From an uncultured Eubacteriales bacterium (GTDB lineage: Bacteria > Acidobacteriota > Aminicenantia > Aminicenantales > UBA8522): a stretch of DNA of 64,000 bases. The translations under genes were made by a program, and so were the position numbers. Positions 45,915 through 55,370 of this stretch are shown here, in pieces. The notes beneath the pieces are model-generated. The model did no database searches. It worked only from the letters and a program-made list of their open reading frames with translations, and was not told the DNA's origin. Each line of letters begins with the position of its first letter. Position 1 is the stretch's first letter. The DNA lies in the NCBI GenBank assembly GCA_964353705.1, contig CAYGXD010000004.1, positions 4,820-68,819 of the forward strand. Direction: 5' to 3'.

Positions 45915-47024
45915 TCACTCCGAGTAAAGATCCTGGCATTTCAGGCCGAAACGCTCGGCGATATTTTTCTTGGTGAGATGACCGCGGGCCATATAGACTC
46001 CCCGGCTGAGGGCCTTGTTTTCCCGGACGGCCTGGTCGATGCCGAGCGTTCCGATGGCGTGCAGGTAATGGACGATCAGGTTGGAAAGAACCTTGGTCGA
46101 AGTCCGGCTGACCGCCGAGGTGATGTTGGGAACGCAGTAGTGGATGACGCCGTCGTCGATATATGTCGGATGCTCGAGTGTCGTCGGCCGGCTGGCCTCT
46201 ATGCAGCCGCCGTGGTCGATGGCCAGGTCGATGATGACCGACCCCTTTTTCATGGTCTTGACCATCTCCCGGGTGATCATAACGGGGGCCCTTTCTCCGG
46301 GCCGGAGGACGGCCCCGATGAGGACATCGGCTACTGTGGTCATCCGGGTCAGGTTGAATTTGCTCCCCATCAGGGTAATCGCGCGGCCGCCCGTCATCTC
46401 CTCGATCCTTCTCAATCTCTCCATGTTGTGGCCGACGACGATGGTGTGGGCGCCGGCGCCGAGCATCGCCCGGCAGGCGCTCCGGGCCAGGACGCCGCTC
46501 CCGATAATCACGACCGTGGCCGGGGCGACGCTGACAACACCGCCCAGGATGGCCCCCCGGCCGCCCTGGTTGGTCTGGAGATAGTGACCGGCGATGGCCA
46601 GGCACATCTGCCCGGCGACCTCGCTCAGGCTCTCATAAAAAGGCAGGACGTCGTCGTCCTGGATGATCTCGTAACCGATCATGGTGACATTCTTTTGGAG
46701 GAGTTCCTCGACGATCGCCTTTTTGGCGATGGCCAGATGATGAAATCCGAGGAGGATCTGGTTCGCTTTGACCAGCCGGCATTCTTCCTGGTTGAGGGGG
46801 GAGATGTTCAGGACGATATCGGACCGTCCGAAGACCTCTTCTTTAGTGAAAACGATGCGGGCTCCCTGCGCGGAGAACTCCTCGTTCGTATACCCGGCCT
46901 TCAGGCCGGCTCCGGCTTGGACATAGACCTTATGCCCTTTCTCGGCCAGGAAGGAAACGCCGCTCGGGTTCAGGCCGACCCGGTTCTCTATTTTTGCGCT
47001 CTCGTTGATCACTCCGATTTCCAT
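45915..47024 (-). CDS. ald: alanine dehydrogenase / PNT-family NAD(H)-dependent dehydrogenase
   Basis: The Ald N-terminal domain (MEIGVINESAKIENRVGLNPSGV) and the NAD Rossmann motif (VVIIGSGVLARSA). An AAGGAGG Shine-Dalgarno lies upstream. There is no membrane PntB partner, which favours Ald over transhydrogenase. Confidence 0.65.
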   Translation of the reverse strand: MEIGVINESAKIENRVGLNPSGVSFLAEKGHKVYVQAGAGLKAGYTNEEFSAQGARIVFTKEEVFGRSDIVLNISPLNQEECRLVKANQILLGFHHLAIAKKAIVEELLQKNVTMIGYEIIQDDDVLPFYESLSEVAGQMCLAIAGHYLQTNQGGRGAILGGVVSVAPATVVIIGSGVLARSACRAMLGAGAHTIVVGHNMERLRRIEEMTGGRAITLMGSKFNLTRMTTVADVLIGAVLRPGERAPVMITREMVKTMKKGSVIIDLAIDHGGCIEASRPTTLEHPTYIDDGVIHYCVPNITSAVSRTSTKVLSNLIVHYLHAIGTLGIDQAVRENKALSRGVYMARGHLTKKNIAERFGLKCQDLYSE

Positions 47025-47051
47025 CTATTCCTCCTTAAAAAAGAGTCCTAT

Positions 47052-47078
47052 ATTATCAAAATAAAAAAAAATCGACAA
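47052..47078 (-). promoter_or_regulatory. sigma70-like promoter candidate for the ald-nuoEFG-nfnAB operon
   Basis: Read on the minus strand: TTGTCG, a 15-16-nt T-rich spacer, then GATAAT. An AAGGAGG Shine-Dalgarno and the ald ATG at 47024 follow. This is the only sizeable AT-rich gap at the head of the operon. Confidence 0.3.
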
Positions 47079-47092
47079 CCGGCTTCTGACTT

Positions 47093-48826
47093 TCAATCCG
47101 GGAAGACGGTGCGGCCGGCGACGATTGTTCTCACGACACGGGCGGCGGCGATGTCCTGGGCGGGGATCTTGAAAATGTCCCGGTCGAGGACTGCGAGGTC
47201 GGCCAGAAAGCCCTCTTTGATCGCGCCCTTTGACCTTTCGGCGAATTCGGCATAGGCGCCTTCCGTCGTATACGCCCGCATCGCCTCTTCGAGCGAGATC
47301 TTCTGCTCCGGATACCAGCCCTCCGGATGTTTCCCGTCGGTCGTCCTCCGCGTTACGGCGGCGTAGATCCCGGCCAAGGGATCGAGCGGCGCCACCGTCC
47401 AATCGGACCCGGCGGCGATCCTGACGCCTTTGTCCAGGAGCGAGCGGAAAGCATAGGTCGTCCGGCAGCGCTCGGCTCCGATCTTCCGCTCGGCCCAGCG
47501 GCCGTCATCGATGGCGTGGTACGGCTGGACCGAGGCGATGATGCCCAGCCGCGCCATCCTCTCCATGTCCTCCGGCCGCAGGTGCTGGGCGTGTTCGATC
47601 CGCCAGCGCCGGTCTCTCGGCCCGTTCTGAGCGATCACTTTCTCGAAGATATCGAGGAGGACCGCGTTGGCCTTGTCCCCGATAGCATGGACGGCTACCT
47701 GCAAGCCGGCGATGTCGGCCGCCCTGATCCTCTGCTCCATGATCCCCTCGGGAAACATATCGGGAGCGAAAAGCCCCGATGACCGGGGATCATCGGCATA
47801 CGGCTCGAAGAAAAGGGCCGTCGAGGAACCCAGGGAGCCGTCGACAAAAGCCTTCAGACCGCCGATCTTGAGAAGGTCGTTCCCGAACGGGGTCTTCAGC
47901 GAGAGCCGGGAGAAGGCCTCGACCTCAACGATCGGCACATAGAGGAAAACCCGGCAGGTCAGTTTTCCCGAGTCGACGAGCTCCCGGTAAACGCTGAGGT
48001 TTCCGGTGCCATAGGCCATATCATGGGTCGAAGTGACGCCGTTCCGGGCCGCCAGTCTGAGGGCCGCCTCGGCCGCTTTGAGCTTGGCGTCGAAATTCGG
48101 CGCGGGGATATGCCTGGTCACGAGCTCCATGGCCGCGTCCTTGAGGATCCCGGTGGGCTCTCCGGTCCGGGGATCCTTGAGTATCTCTCCCCCCGCCGGG
48201 GAAGGTGTCCTGGCGGTGATCCCCGCTAGCGTCAGGGCCAGGGAGTTCGCCAGGACCATGTGGCCGTCATGGCGGTTGACACAGACGGGATTATCGGGAG
48301 TGACCGCATCGATCCATTCCCGCCCGGGAAGCTCCGGAGGGTCGAACTGCTGCTGGTCCCAATCGCCGTTGAGGATCCATTCGCCCTTGGCCATCCCGGC
48401 GGCTTTGTCCCGGATCCGGGCCACGAAATCATTGCGGCTCTTGGCCTCCCGGAGCCGGATGCTGAGGAGCGCGAATCCGCCGTCGAGGAAATGGGTGTGG
48501 CTGTCGATGAAACCCGGGACAACGAGGCCTCCTCCGAGGTCGATAACCTGCGTTTCCCGGCCGACCAGCCTTCGGACTTCACTCGTGGCGCCGACCGCAA
48601 TGATCTTCTCGTCCCGGACGGCCACGGCTTCGGCCCAGGGACGGCCGCCATCGCCGGTCCAGACCGATCCGCCGAGGAGGGCCAGGTCAGCCACGGCATG
48701 CCCCTTGTTGCACGCCGGAGAGAAGGCCATCATCGCCAGAAAACACAAGAGAAACCAGCCGTTTTTTTTCATCGCTTTGTCCTGTCTGATATTGGATTTT
48801 TCCCAAGGATTCATCCCCATTCTCAT
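47093..48826 (-). CDS. secreted amidohydrolase-family metal-dependent hydrolase (Amidohydro_3-like)
   Basis: Signal peptide. Amidohydrolase metal-binding motifs (GFIDSHTHF ... VHAIGD ... AAGSDW). Confidence 0.65.
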   Translation of the reverse strand: MRMGMNPWEKSNIRQDKAMKKNGWFLLCFLAMMAFSPACNKGHAVADLALLGGSVWTGDGGRPWAEAVAVRDEKIIAVGATSEVRRLVGRETQVIDLGGGLVVPGFIDSHTHFLDGGFALLSIRLREAKSRNDFVARIRDKAAGMAKGEWILNGDWDQQQFDPPELPGREWIDAVTPDNPVCVNRHDGHMVLANSLALTLAGITARTPSPAGGEILKDPRTGEPTGILKDAAMELVTRHIPAPNFDAKLKAAEAALRLAARNGVTSTHDMAYGTGNLSVYRELVDSGKLTCRVFLYVPIVEVEAFSRLSLKTPFGNDLLKIGGLKAFVDGSLGSSTALFFEPYADDPRSSGLFAPDMFPEGIMEQRIRAADIAGLQVAVHAIGDKANAVLLDIFEKVIAQNGPRDRRWRIEHAQHLRPEDMERMARLGIIASVQPYHAIDDGRWAERKIGAERCRTTYAFRSLLDKGVRIAAGSDWTVAPLDPLAGIYAAVTRRTTDGKHPEGWYPEQKISLEEAMRAYTTEGAYAEFAERSKGAIKEGFLADLAVLDRDIFKIPAQDIAAARVVRTIVAGRTVFPD

Positions 48827-49599
48827 AAAGAGATGCGCTGAAAATCCCGCGGCACGATCAGCCGGCCTTTAAAGCACCTCCGGATCTCGGCTCGGATCTC
48901 GGCCGGGGCTGCCCAGACATCGGCCAGGAAATGACAGGGGATCAGGCATTTGACTCCGGCTTCCTGGCTCCATTTCCCGAGGTCGAGCGAGGACGTGTGG
49001 ATGCCGAATAGGACGGGATATTTCTTGAAATAGCGGGCCGGAGCGCTGGCCTCGTGGACGAGATAATCGATCCCCCGGGCTGCCTGGAAAAGAGGCCGGT
49101 GGACCGGCGTATCCCCAGAAAAAAGGATTTCCTCCCCCCCCTCGTTCAAATAAAAATGGCAGGCCAATGAAGAAGAGTGGTGGGGGACTCGGAAAGACCG
49201 GAGAGTCCCGGCGCGGCCGAGCCGCAGGGACCGTCCCGGCCGGAGAACCTGGAAGCGAACGCGGGTCCCGGCGCTTTTTCCTCTCAGGCCGAAGATATCG
49301 AGAAGGCGGCGGGCCAAGGCCACTGTCTCCTCCGAGCCGAGAAGCTTGATCTCTCCCTTGTCAAGGATCAGGCTGTGGACGAGTGAAGGAAGACCGTAGA
49401 TATGGTCCGGATGGACATGGGTGAGAATGATGGTCGAGATCTCGCGGGCATCGAAATTCAGCTTCCTGATCTTGGCCACGACGCTCCCGGGGCAGTCGAT
49501 GAGGATGAGATCTCCGCCCGTCCGGAGAAGGACCGATGTATTATCCCGCTGCGGCGTGGCCACCCAGCCGCCGGTGCCTAAAAAATAGATTTCAGTCAT
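48823..49599 (-). CDS. MBL-fold metallo-hydrolase (RNase Z / beta-lactamase-like)
   Basis: The HxHxDH motif (LTHVHPDHIYG). It overlaps the upstream amidohydrolase stop by 4 nt. Confidence 0.65.
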   Translation of the reverse strand: MTEIYFLGTGGWVATPQRDNTSVLLRTGGDLILIDCPGSVVAKIRKLNFDAREISTIILTHVHPDHIYGLPSLVHSLILDKGEIKLLGSEETVALARRLLDIFGLRGKSAGTRVRFQVLRPGRSLRLGRAGTLRSFRVPHHSSSLACHFYLNEGGEEILFSGDTPVHRPLFQAARGIDYLVHEASAPARYFKKYPVLFGIHTSSLDLGKWSQEAGVKCLIPCHFLADVWAAPAEIRAEIRRCFKGRLIVPRDFQRISL

Positions 49600-49732
49600 G
49601 ACCTTCAGCGAAGAGCCTTATTTAATCCCAATCGATTTCCAAAATCAAATCCAACCCTCCAAGTTGACACGAGGCCGCGGTTCGGCTAAAAGTGAGGGTG
49701 CCGTTCGACGGCTGAAGTCCTGAGGAGGACGC

Positions 49733-50299
49733 ATGATCAACGCCACTCAGATCCGGAGAGGGATGCTCATCATCCTGGACGGCCAGCTGTTCCGCGTACT
49801 CGAGGCCACCCATGTCACCCCGGGACGATGGAAGGCGATGATGCAGACCAAGCTCCGCAACATCAAGGACGGGAGCCTGCTCAACTACCGGTTCCGTTCC
49901 GAGGACCGGGTGGAGCAGGCGTTCCTCGAAGAAGTGGAGATGGAATTTCTTTACATGGCCGGCGAAGACGCCGTTTTTATGAACCTCGAAAATTACGAAC
50001 AGATCCGCCTTTCTCCCGAGATCATCGGAGACGGCGTCAATTATCTCGTCCCCAATATCGTCTTCACTATCGAGCTCTATGAGGGCCGGCCGGTCGCCGT
50101 CCGTCCTCCTCTGACCGTGGAGCTGAAGGTCGTCAGGACCGATCCGTTCATGAAGGGGGCCACCCAGTCGGCCAGCAGCAAACCGGCCACGCTGGAGACC
50201 GGACTGATCGTCACAGTCCCGCAGTTCATCAACGAGGGGGATGCCGTCCGCATAGACACCCGGGATGACAAATACGTCGAACGGGCCAAGTCGGGTTAA
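49733..50299 (+). CDS. efp: elongation factor P
   Basis: 188 aa. A GAGGAGG Shine-Dalgarno lies upstream. The sequence (MINATQIRRGMLI...GRWKAMMQTKLRNIKDGS) is typical of EF-P. Confidence 0.9.
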   Translation: MINATQIRRGMLIILDGQLFRVLEATHVTPGRWKAMMQTKLRNIKDGSLLNYRFRSEDRVEQAFLEEVEMEFLYMAGEDAVFMNLENYEQIRLSPEIIGDGVNYLVPNIVFTIELYEGRPVAVRPPLTVELKVVRTDPFMKGATQSASSKPATLETGLIVTVPQFINEGDAVRIDTRDDKYVERAKSG

Positions 50300-50310
50300 C
50301 GCTCGACTCG

Positions 50311-50326
50311 AAGGGGAAGACCCCTT
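50311..50326. terminator. hairpin between convergent efp and the beta-propeller gene (possible bidirectional terminator)
   Basis: AAGGGG-AAGA-CCCCTT, a 6-bp GC-rich stem with a 4-nt loop. It lies 12 nt after the efp stop and overlaps the stop codon of the convergent gene. There is no clear U-tract. Confidence 0.25.
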
Positions 50327-52553
50327 AGAAAGTCTGGCGGTAGACGCCGAGATTGCCGTGCCTGTCGGTCACCCGGACGGTGACCAGGCTCTCTGAGCCC
50401 GCCGCGAGCGGTACCCGGACCTTAAAACTCTCAACCCGGGAATCACAGATGCCGTCGGCCGGAAAGATCACCCGCCACTCTCCCGGCCGGATGAGACACT
50501 CCGCTTCCCGGATGGAAGAGAAGGAGTCCTCCGCTTGAAAGGCGACATCAAGCGAGTTCCCGTTCCGGACCGCGGTAAAGCCCTTGATGACCGGCAGGGA
50601 ATTGTCGATGACCAAAGGGGAGCTCGTCTTTTCGGCCCGGAGCTCCGATCCCGGAGGGTTGGAGTTCAGGTCGCCGGCGCCGAGTTTTATGAAGTAGACC
50701 CCGTCGGGATAGGTGAGGGTGTTGAAGACAAACAGGAAGTCCTTCCAGCCGTCCTTGACCACGCGCCAGATGTCTTCTCCCTCTCTCCTGATCGAAATCG
50801 TATAGAGGAGACGGTCGTCGTTTTCGTCGGTCGCTTCCCAGGTCACCGTCTGATATCCTTGGCGTTCCACCTTCTTGGCCATATACAGGGATCGGCCCTC
50901 CTTCCGGCTTTGTTCCCCGCCCGCCGGAGTCTCCTCGCTTCCCCAGATGATCTCCTCCTGGTCGGGAGGCTTGAGGTAAACCTCGTTGGGCGGCAGCAGG
51001 TCCAGCTTCTCGACGATGGGAGCGATGTTGGCTTGCAGATAAAAGAGAGACACCCGCTGCAGCCAAGGGGAAACGTTTCCGGACTGGGTCCGGAACAGGA
51101 TCTTGAACTGCAGATAGCGGGCTTTTGGACTCAGGATCTGTTCTTCCTTTTTCTGGATAGGAGGAGACCAGTCGCTCCACATGCTGTTCGGTTCGAAGGA
51201 ATTCCCGCTCCTCGTCTGCAGCTGGAGGGTTGTCCCCGCCGGCGGCTGGCCATCGAACTCCAGCTGGCCCCAGGAGGATACCGTCCGGGTATCCAAGACA
51301 TCGCTGACGTACTCGCCGCTGGACCTCCGCTCGGATGAAAGAACGGTCAGCCGCGAAGGATTGTCGGCCAGGGCATAGATCCTCGTGTCAACGGGAACGA
51401 GGGAATAGACCTGCTCCGATGAGCCCTGCGTGAGCAGCGAGACCCTCTCATCGTTGTCGATAACATAGATACGGCCCCTGTTTCCGGTCCCGAAAAGGAG
51501 CCTCTTGTCCTGTTCTCGCCAGAGCAAGGAGTAAATGAGTTCGTCCTCAGATTCCCACAGCTTCTTGGCGATCCCATCCGGGCGGACCCGGAAGAGCGCG
51601 CTGGGCTCTTTGCCGGAAGAAACTTGGGCCATGGGCGCGGCCGCGCCGGACGGCGCCGAAGCGCTTGCGGTGACGGTGACATCGGCGGCGAGACGGACGG
51701 CAGGATCGGCGGCCTCTTCCTTCCTGGCCCGGGACGGAGTCCCGCCGCAGGCGGCATAGATATTGCCGTCCGCGTCAAGGGCCAAACTCTTGATCTCCTC
51801 AAAGGGTGATTCAAACAAAACCGTTGTCCGGCCGTCGGCACTGAGCCGGTAAATAACTCCGACGCCGCCGCTCCCGGCAAGAAAACCCCCCTCCCGGGAC
51901 TTCTTCAGACAGAGGACGTGATTTTCCTCGGCCTTGAGCACTCGCTGGCCTTCGCCCTGAAGGTTGATCCTATAGACTCCGCCCGCCTCTCCGACCGCAG
52001 CCATCAGGAAACCGTCTTCCGAGAAGGCCAGGTCCCAAACGTATTTCTCCTCCGGGTTGAAAAAGGCCGTTCCCTGGTCCTTGCCGGTGATTTTGTAGAC
52101 CTTGCCGTTGGGGGAAGTCCCGGCGTACAACGCGCCCTTTTCGTCAATGGCCAGGCAGGTGACGTCCATCTCCTGGGTTTGGAAATAGAGCTCGGCCTTG
52201 CCATCCTTGCCGAGCCGGAAGACCTTTCCCCCGTGTCCAGTTCCCAGATACCCAACCCCGTCCTGTCCGAGGATAAAAGAGAGATAGAATTCCTCGGCCG
52301 GCCCTTCCAGCTTATCCTCCTTCGGCCCAAGAGAAAGCACACCCTCGAAGGAAACCGAGATACCGTCCAGCTTGCCCTTCAGAAAGTCATCCTTGGTCCG
52401 AAGCTCCCATTTACGCGGGGCCACGGCCTCGAGCGAAGAAACAAATCCGACTATTCCGATAATAAAAATAACCTTTAGCCCTTTGGTCATTCTCATCCCG
52501 GGTCTCCTATTTCTTGATCTTGACGGGAATAGAGGCCATCCCCCGGAAAACAT
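50325..52553 (-). CDS. secreted beta-propeller repeat protein with C-terminal Ig/FN3-like domains (function unknown)
   Basis: 742-aa ORF. The N-terminus is probably at the internal MRMTKGLKVIFIIG signal. The N-terminal half has repeated about 40-aa blades (G..YAGT..GKVY.., DG.IYAA). The C-terminal third is beta-sandwich-like. Confidence 0.45.
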   Translation of the reverse strand: MFSGGWPLFPSRSRNRRPGMRMTKGLKVIFIIGIVGFVSSLEAVAPRKWELRTKDDFLKGKLDGISVSFEGVLSLGPKEDKLEGPAEEFYLSFILGQDGVGYLGTGHGGKVFRLGKDGKAELYFQTQEMDVTCLAIDEKGALYAGTSPNGKVYKITGKDQGTAFFNPEEKYVWDLAFSEDGFLMAAVGEAGGVYRINLQGEGQRVLKAEENHVLCLKKSREGGFLAGSGGVGVIYRLSADGRTTVLFESPFEEIKSLALDADGNIYAACGGTPSRARKEEAADPAVRLAADVTVTASASAPSGAAAPMAQVSSGKEPSALFRVRPDGIAKKLWESEDELIYSLLWREQDKRLLFGTGNRGRIYVIDNDERVSLLTQGSSEQVYSLVPVDTRIYALADNPSRLTVLSSERRSSGEYVSDVLDTRTVSSWGQLEFDGQPPAGTTLQLQTRSGNSFEPNSMWSDWSPPIQKKEEQILSPKARYLQFKILFRTQSGNVSPWLQRVSLFYLQANIAPIVEKLDLLPPNEVYLKPPDQEEIIWGSEETPAGGEQSRKEGRSLYMAKKVERQGYQTVTWEATDENDDRLLYTISIRREGEDIWRVVKDGWKDFLFVFNTLTYPDGVYFIKLGAGDLNSNPPGSELRAEKTSSPLVIDNSLPVIKGFTAVRNGNSLDVAFQAEDSFSSIREAECLIRPGEWRVIFPADGICDSRVESFKVRVPLAAGSESLVTVRVTDRHGNLGVYRQTF

Positions 52554-54387
52554 AGGGAATGGGGAGCTGGTATTCCCCGAGGGTGGACCGGGTCAGCTCG
52601 GTGGGCGCAGAGGACGCGGCCCGCGGAGAGGCGAACAGCGATTTCATGGAAGGCGGCAGGTTCGGCATCTCCTCGCCTTTGACGAAGAGCCCTGGCTTAG
52701 AAGCGATCATCTTGAAGTAAACGCGGTTGTTCTTGCGCAAATTGTTGAGGATACGGATCAACTGACCCAGGCTGCGGGGGACGAAATCCTGAGTCCGGTA
52801 CTGGAGAGCCTCGACCTGGTGGACGGAAGCGGCATCGGCGATGATCAGGAGGAACTCGGAGCCGGCCGGGAGCGGAGGAGCTTCGATAGTGACCTCCTCC
52901 TCGAAGCTCTGGCCCCCGAAGGCCCGGCAGTAAATCTTCACCTGAATCCGTTCGCCCGCCGAAACCTCGTACTTGTCCAGCCAGACTCTCTCCAGGGAGG
53001 CGAACCTCACTTCCTCCAGGACCCGGATGCCCAGCTTTATCCGGTGAATGCCGACCGGCTCGAACTCGTTGTTATTCAGGAAGTAGACCACTGCGGTCAA
53101 GAGGCCGCCGAGGTTCGTCGCGGCCGCATCCAGGTTGCCGGCGAAGAGGTCTTCAAGATGGACACCGGATCCGTTGTCCAAATAGACATCTCCATCGAGT
53201 CCGAAGGAAAGATCCCCAATGGAGCGTTCTTCGCTCGAAAGAAGGGAGGCCAGCGCCATGTTCAAAAGCAACGGGGTGAGGAGCTTGTCGTTACTCAGCT
53301 CGACCTTGAATTCCCTGATCTGTCCCGACACCCGGCTGAGGCGGACCTCGAGAGGGACGGGCTGCGGCATCCGGCCCAGTTCGCCCGCCATGCCGGCCGT
53401 CCGGTCCTGCGAGAAACGCCCCAATCGCTCTCCCGCCGTGGCCAGTTTGAACGAGCTCTCGACGCTCGGGACGACGGCCATGACGCTGGCCCTGGCCATG
53501 GAATAGTCCACCTTCCCCAGGTTATAGAGCGGATGCCCGAAGGCCAGCACCTTCTCCCCGTCGACATAAGTCACGGTGCCCACCGCGGCGGAGCTGAGGT
53601 CTCCGCCGACCAGTTCAACGGCGACGGGATCGCCTTCCCGGAGAGCCGCCGCTGTCCCGGGGGCAGCGGCTCGGGATTGTCCCGCGACGCCCGTTTCCAT
53701 GGGGACGAGCCCCCAGCGGCTGAACAGGGGCCGGGCTTCCTCGACGACAGCCGGAGAGAATCCGCCGAAGACAAGAGGGACTCCGATCGGGGAAAGTGTC
53801 TTTCCCTGGGAGAAAACGGCCGGCCGCGTCCCCACCGCGTCCTTGACCACGGCGATGAGGTCCGCCAGGGAAAGGCTGGTCTTAAGCGGGAACGAAGCGA
53901 CGGCGGAAGGCTTGGCCGGCCCGGGCTGATCGGCCACGGCCAGCATCTCGCCGATCGGCGTAATCCCGGCGATCGGCTCTTTGGAAAAGGGAAAAGAATA
54001 GGCGACGGCGCCGACGAGCTTGCCGTCGAGATAGACAGGACTTCCGCTCATGCCTTGGATGATACCGGTGCGCTCGAGGTCTTTGCCGGAGAGCCTGGCC
54101 AGGATGATATTCCTTTTGGGCTGATTGTTGGCGATAATACCCAGGATCTCGACATCGAACTCCTCGATGTCCCCGGCCAGAAAAACTGTCCTGCCCTTCC
54201 CTTTCATGCCCGGCTTCACCTGTTCCAAGGGCATGGTGGGGGTTGATGCCTGGACCAGCCCGAGACACATTCCCCAAATGACCGCCAGCGCCGCGATGTG
54301 TTTAATGGCACTTCTCCCTAGGAATGTCCATTCTCCGTATCTCCTTGGGCGGTCCCGCAGGCGTTGACCCGGAAAGACAACTTTCAT
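52507..54387 (-). CDS. SpoIVB-like peptidase S55 family serine protease
   Basis: GMSGSPVY serine motif in an S55-like context (GIIQGMSGSPVYLDGKLVGAVAY). Signal peptide. The start codon is uncertain. Confidence 0.55.
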   Translation of the reverse strand: MKVVFPGQRLRDRPRRYGEWTFLGRSAIKHIAALAVIWGMCLGLVQASTPTMPLEQVKPGMKGKGRTVFLAGDIEEFDVEILGIIANNQPKRNIILARLSGKDLERTGIIQGMSGSPVYLDGKLVGAVAYSFPFSKEPIAGITPIGEMLAVADQPGPAKPSAVASFPLKTSLSLADLIAVVKDAVGTRPAVFSQGKTLSPIGVPLVFGGFSPAVVEEARPLFSRWGLVPMETGVAGQSRAAAPGTAAALREGDPVAVELVGGDLSSAAVGTVTYVDGEKVLAFGHPLYNLGKVDYSMARASVMAVVPSVESSFKLATAGERLGRFSQDRTAGMAGELGRMPQPVPLEVRLSRVSGQIREFKVELSNDKLLTPLLLNMALASLLSSEERSIGDLSFGLDGDVYLDNGSGVHLEDLFAGNLDAAATNLGGLLTAVVYFLNNNEFEPVGIHRIKLGIRVLEEVRFASLERVWLDKYEVSAGERIQVKIYCRAFGGQSFEEEVTIEAPPLPAGSEFLLIIADAASVHQVEALQYRTQDFVPRSLGQLIRILNNLRKNNRVYFKMIASKPGLFVKGEEMPNLPPSMKSLFASPRAASSAPTELTRSTLGEYQLPIPYVFRGMASIPVKIKK

Positions 54388-54398
54388 ACAATGGGGCC

Positions 54399-55364
54399 AT
54401 GAAAGCCTTCCTCACCGGCGGAACCGGATTCATCGGAACTCATCTGATCGATCTCCTGCTGGCCAAGGGTGCGGAGGTCCACGTCCTTGCCCGGAATCCG
54501 GATAAAGAATCCGCCCTCCTGAAAAAGGAGGTCAGCCTGCTGAGGGGGGACCTTTTCTCTATCCCTGTGCTTCCGGCCGGCCTCGACATCGTGTTCCACC
54601 TTGCCGGCAAAATACGATCTCTGAATTCAGCTGATTATTATACTGTAAACCAGGAAGGGACAGCAAGCCTTTTCCGCTCCTTGGGGCGACTCAAAGAGCG
54701 TCCCAAGGTCATCGTGCTCAGCAGCCAGGCGGCGGCCGGCCCGTCTCTGGATGGACGGCCCGTCAAGGAGAGCGATCCGCCGCGCCCCGTTACCCCCTAT
54801 GGATGGAGCAAGCTGCGCTGCGAGCAGGAAGCCCTCCGGTTCAGGGACGAATTCCCCATAGCCATCGTCAGAGCCTGCTCAGTTTTCGGACCGAAGGACC
54901 GGGATTTCCTCCCTTATTTCAAGATCGCGGCCAGGGGTATCGTGCTCAGTCTGAGAGAGGAAAAAGCCGCCAGCCTCATCTATGTCAAGGACCTGGCCGA
55001 AGCGCTTTTCCTCTGCGCCGGCGCCCGGCTTCCGAGCGGAGAGATCCTCAACGTCGCCGACGCCAGGCCATATACCTTGGACGAACTGGGGATGGCCATG
55101 GCCGCAGCCCTGGGCAAGAGATGCCGGATGGTGAGGCTCCCTAAAGGCTTTTTCTATCTTCTCTCGTTTCTCTATGAGGCCGGCAATCATCTGACGCGCA
55201 ATCCGGGAGTCTTCAACCGCACCAAATACCGTGAACTCGTTCAGCCCGGCTGGATGGTGGATGTCAGAAAGGCTGCCGAGTTGCTTGGCTTCCGCCCGCG
55301 TTACAGTCTGGAGCAGGCATTGCGGGAGACGATATCCTGGTATGTCGCCGCGCGCTGGATGTGA
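54399..55364 (+). CDS. NAD-dependent epimerase/dehydratase family protein (extended SDR)
   Basis: Internal ATG at 54399. The Rossmann motif (MKAFLTGGTGFIGTHL) and the YxxxK region are present. Confidence 0.75.
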   Translation: MKAFLTGGTGFIGTHLIDLLLAKGAEVHVLARNPDKESALLKKEVSLLRGDLFSIPVLPAGLDIVFHLAGKIRSLNSADYYTVNQEGTASLFRSLGRLKERPKVIVLSSQAAAGPSLDGRPVKESDPPRPVTPYGWSKLRCEQEALRFRDEFPIAIVRACSVFGPKDRDFLPYFKIAARGIVLSLREEKAASLIYVKDLAEALFLCAGARLPSGEILNVADARPYTLDELGMAMAAALGKRCRMVRLPKGFFYLLSFLYEAGNHLTRNPGVFNRTKYRELVQPGWMVDVRKAAELLGFRPRYSLEQALRETISWYVAARWM

Positions 55365-55370
55365 AAGGCC

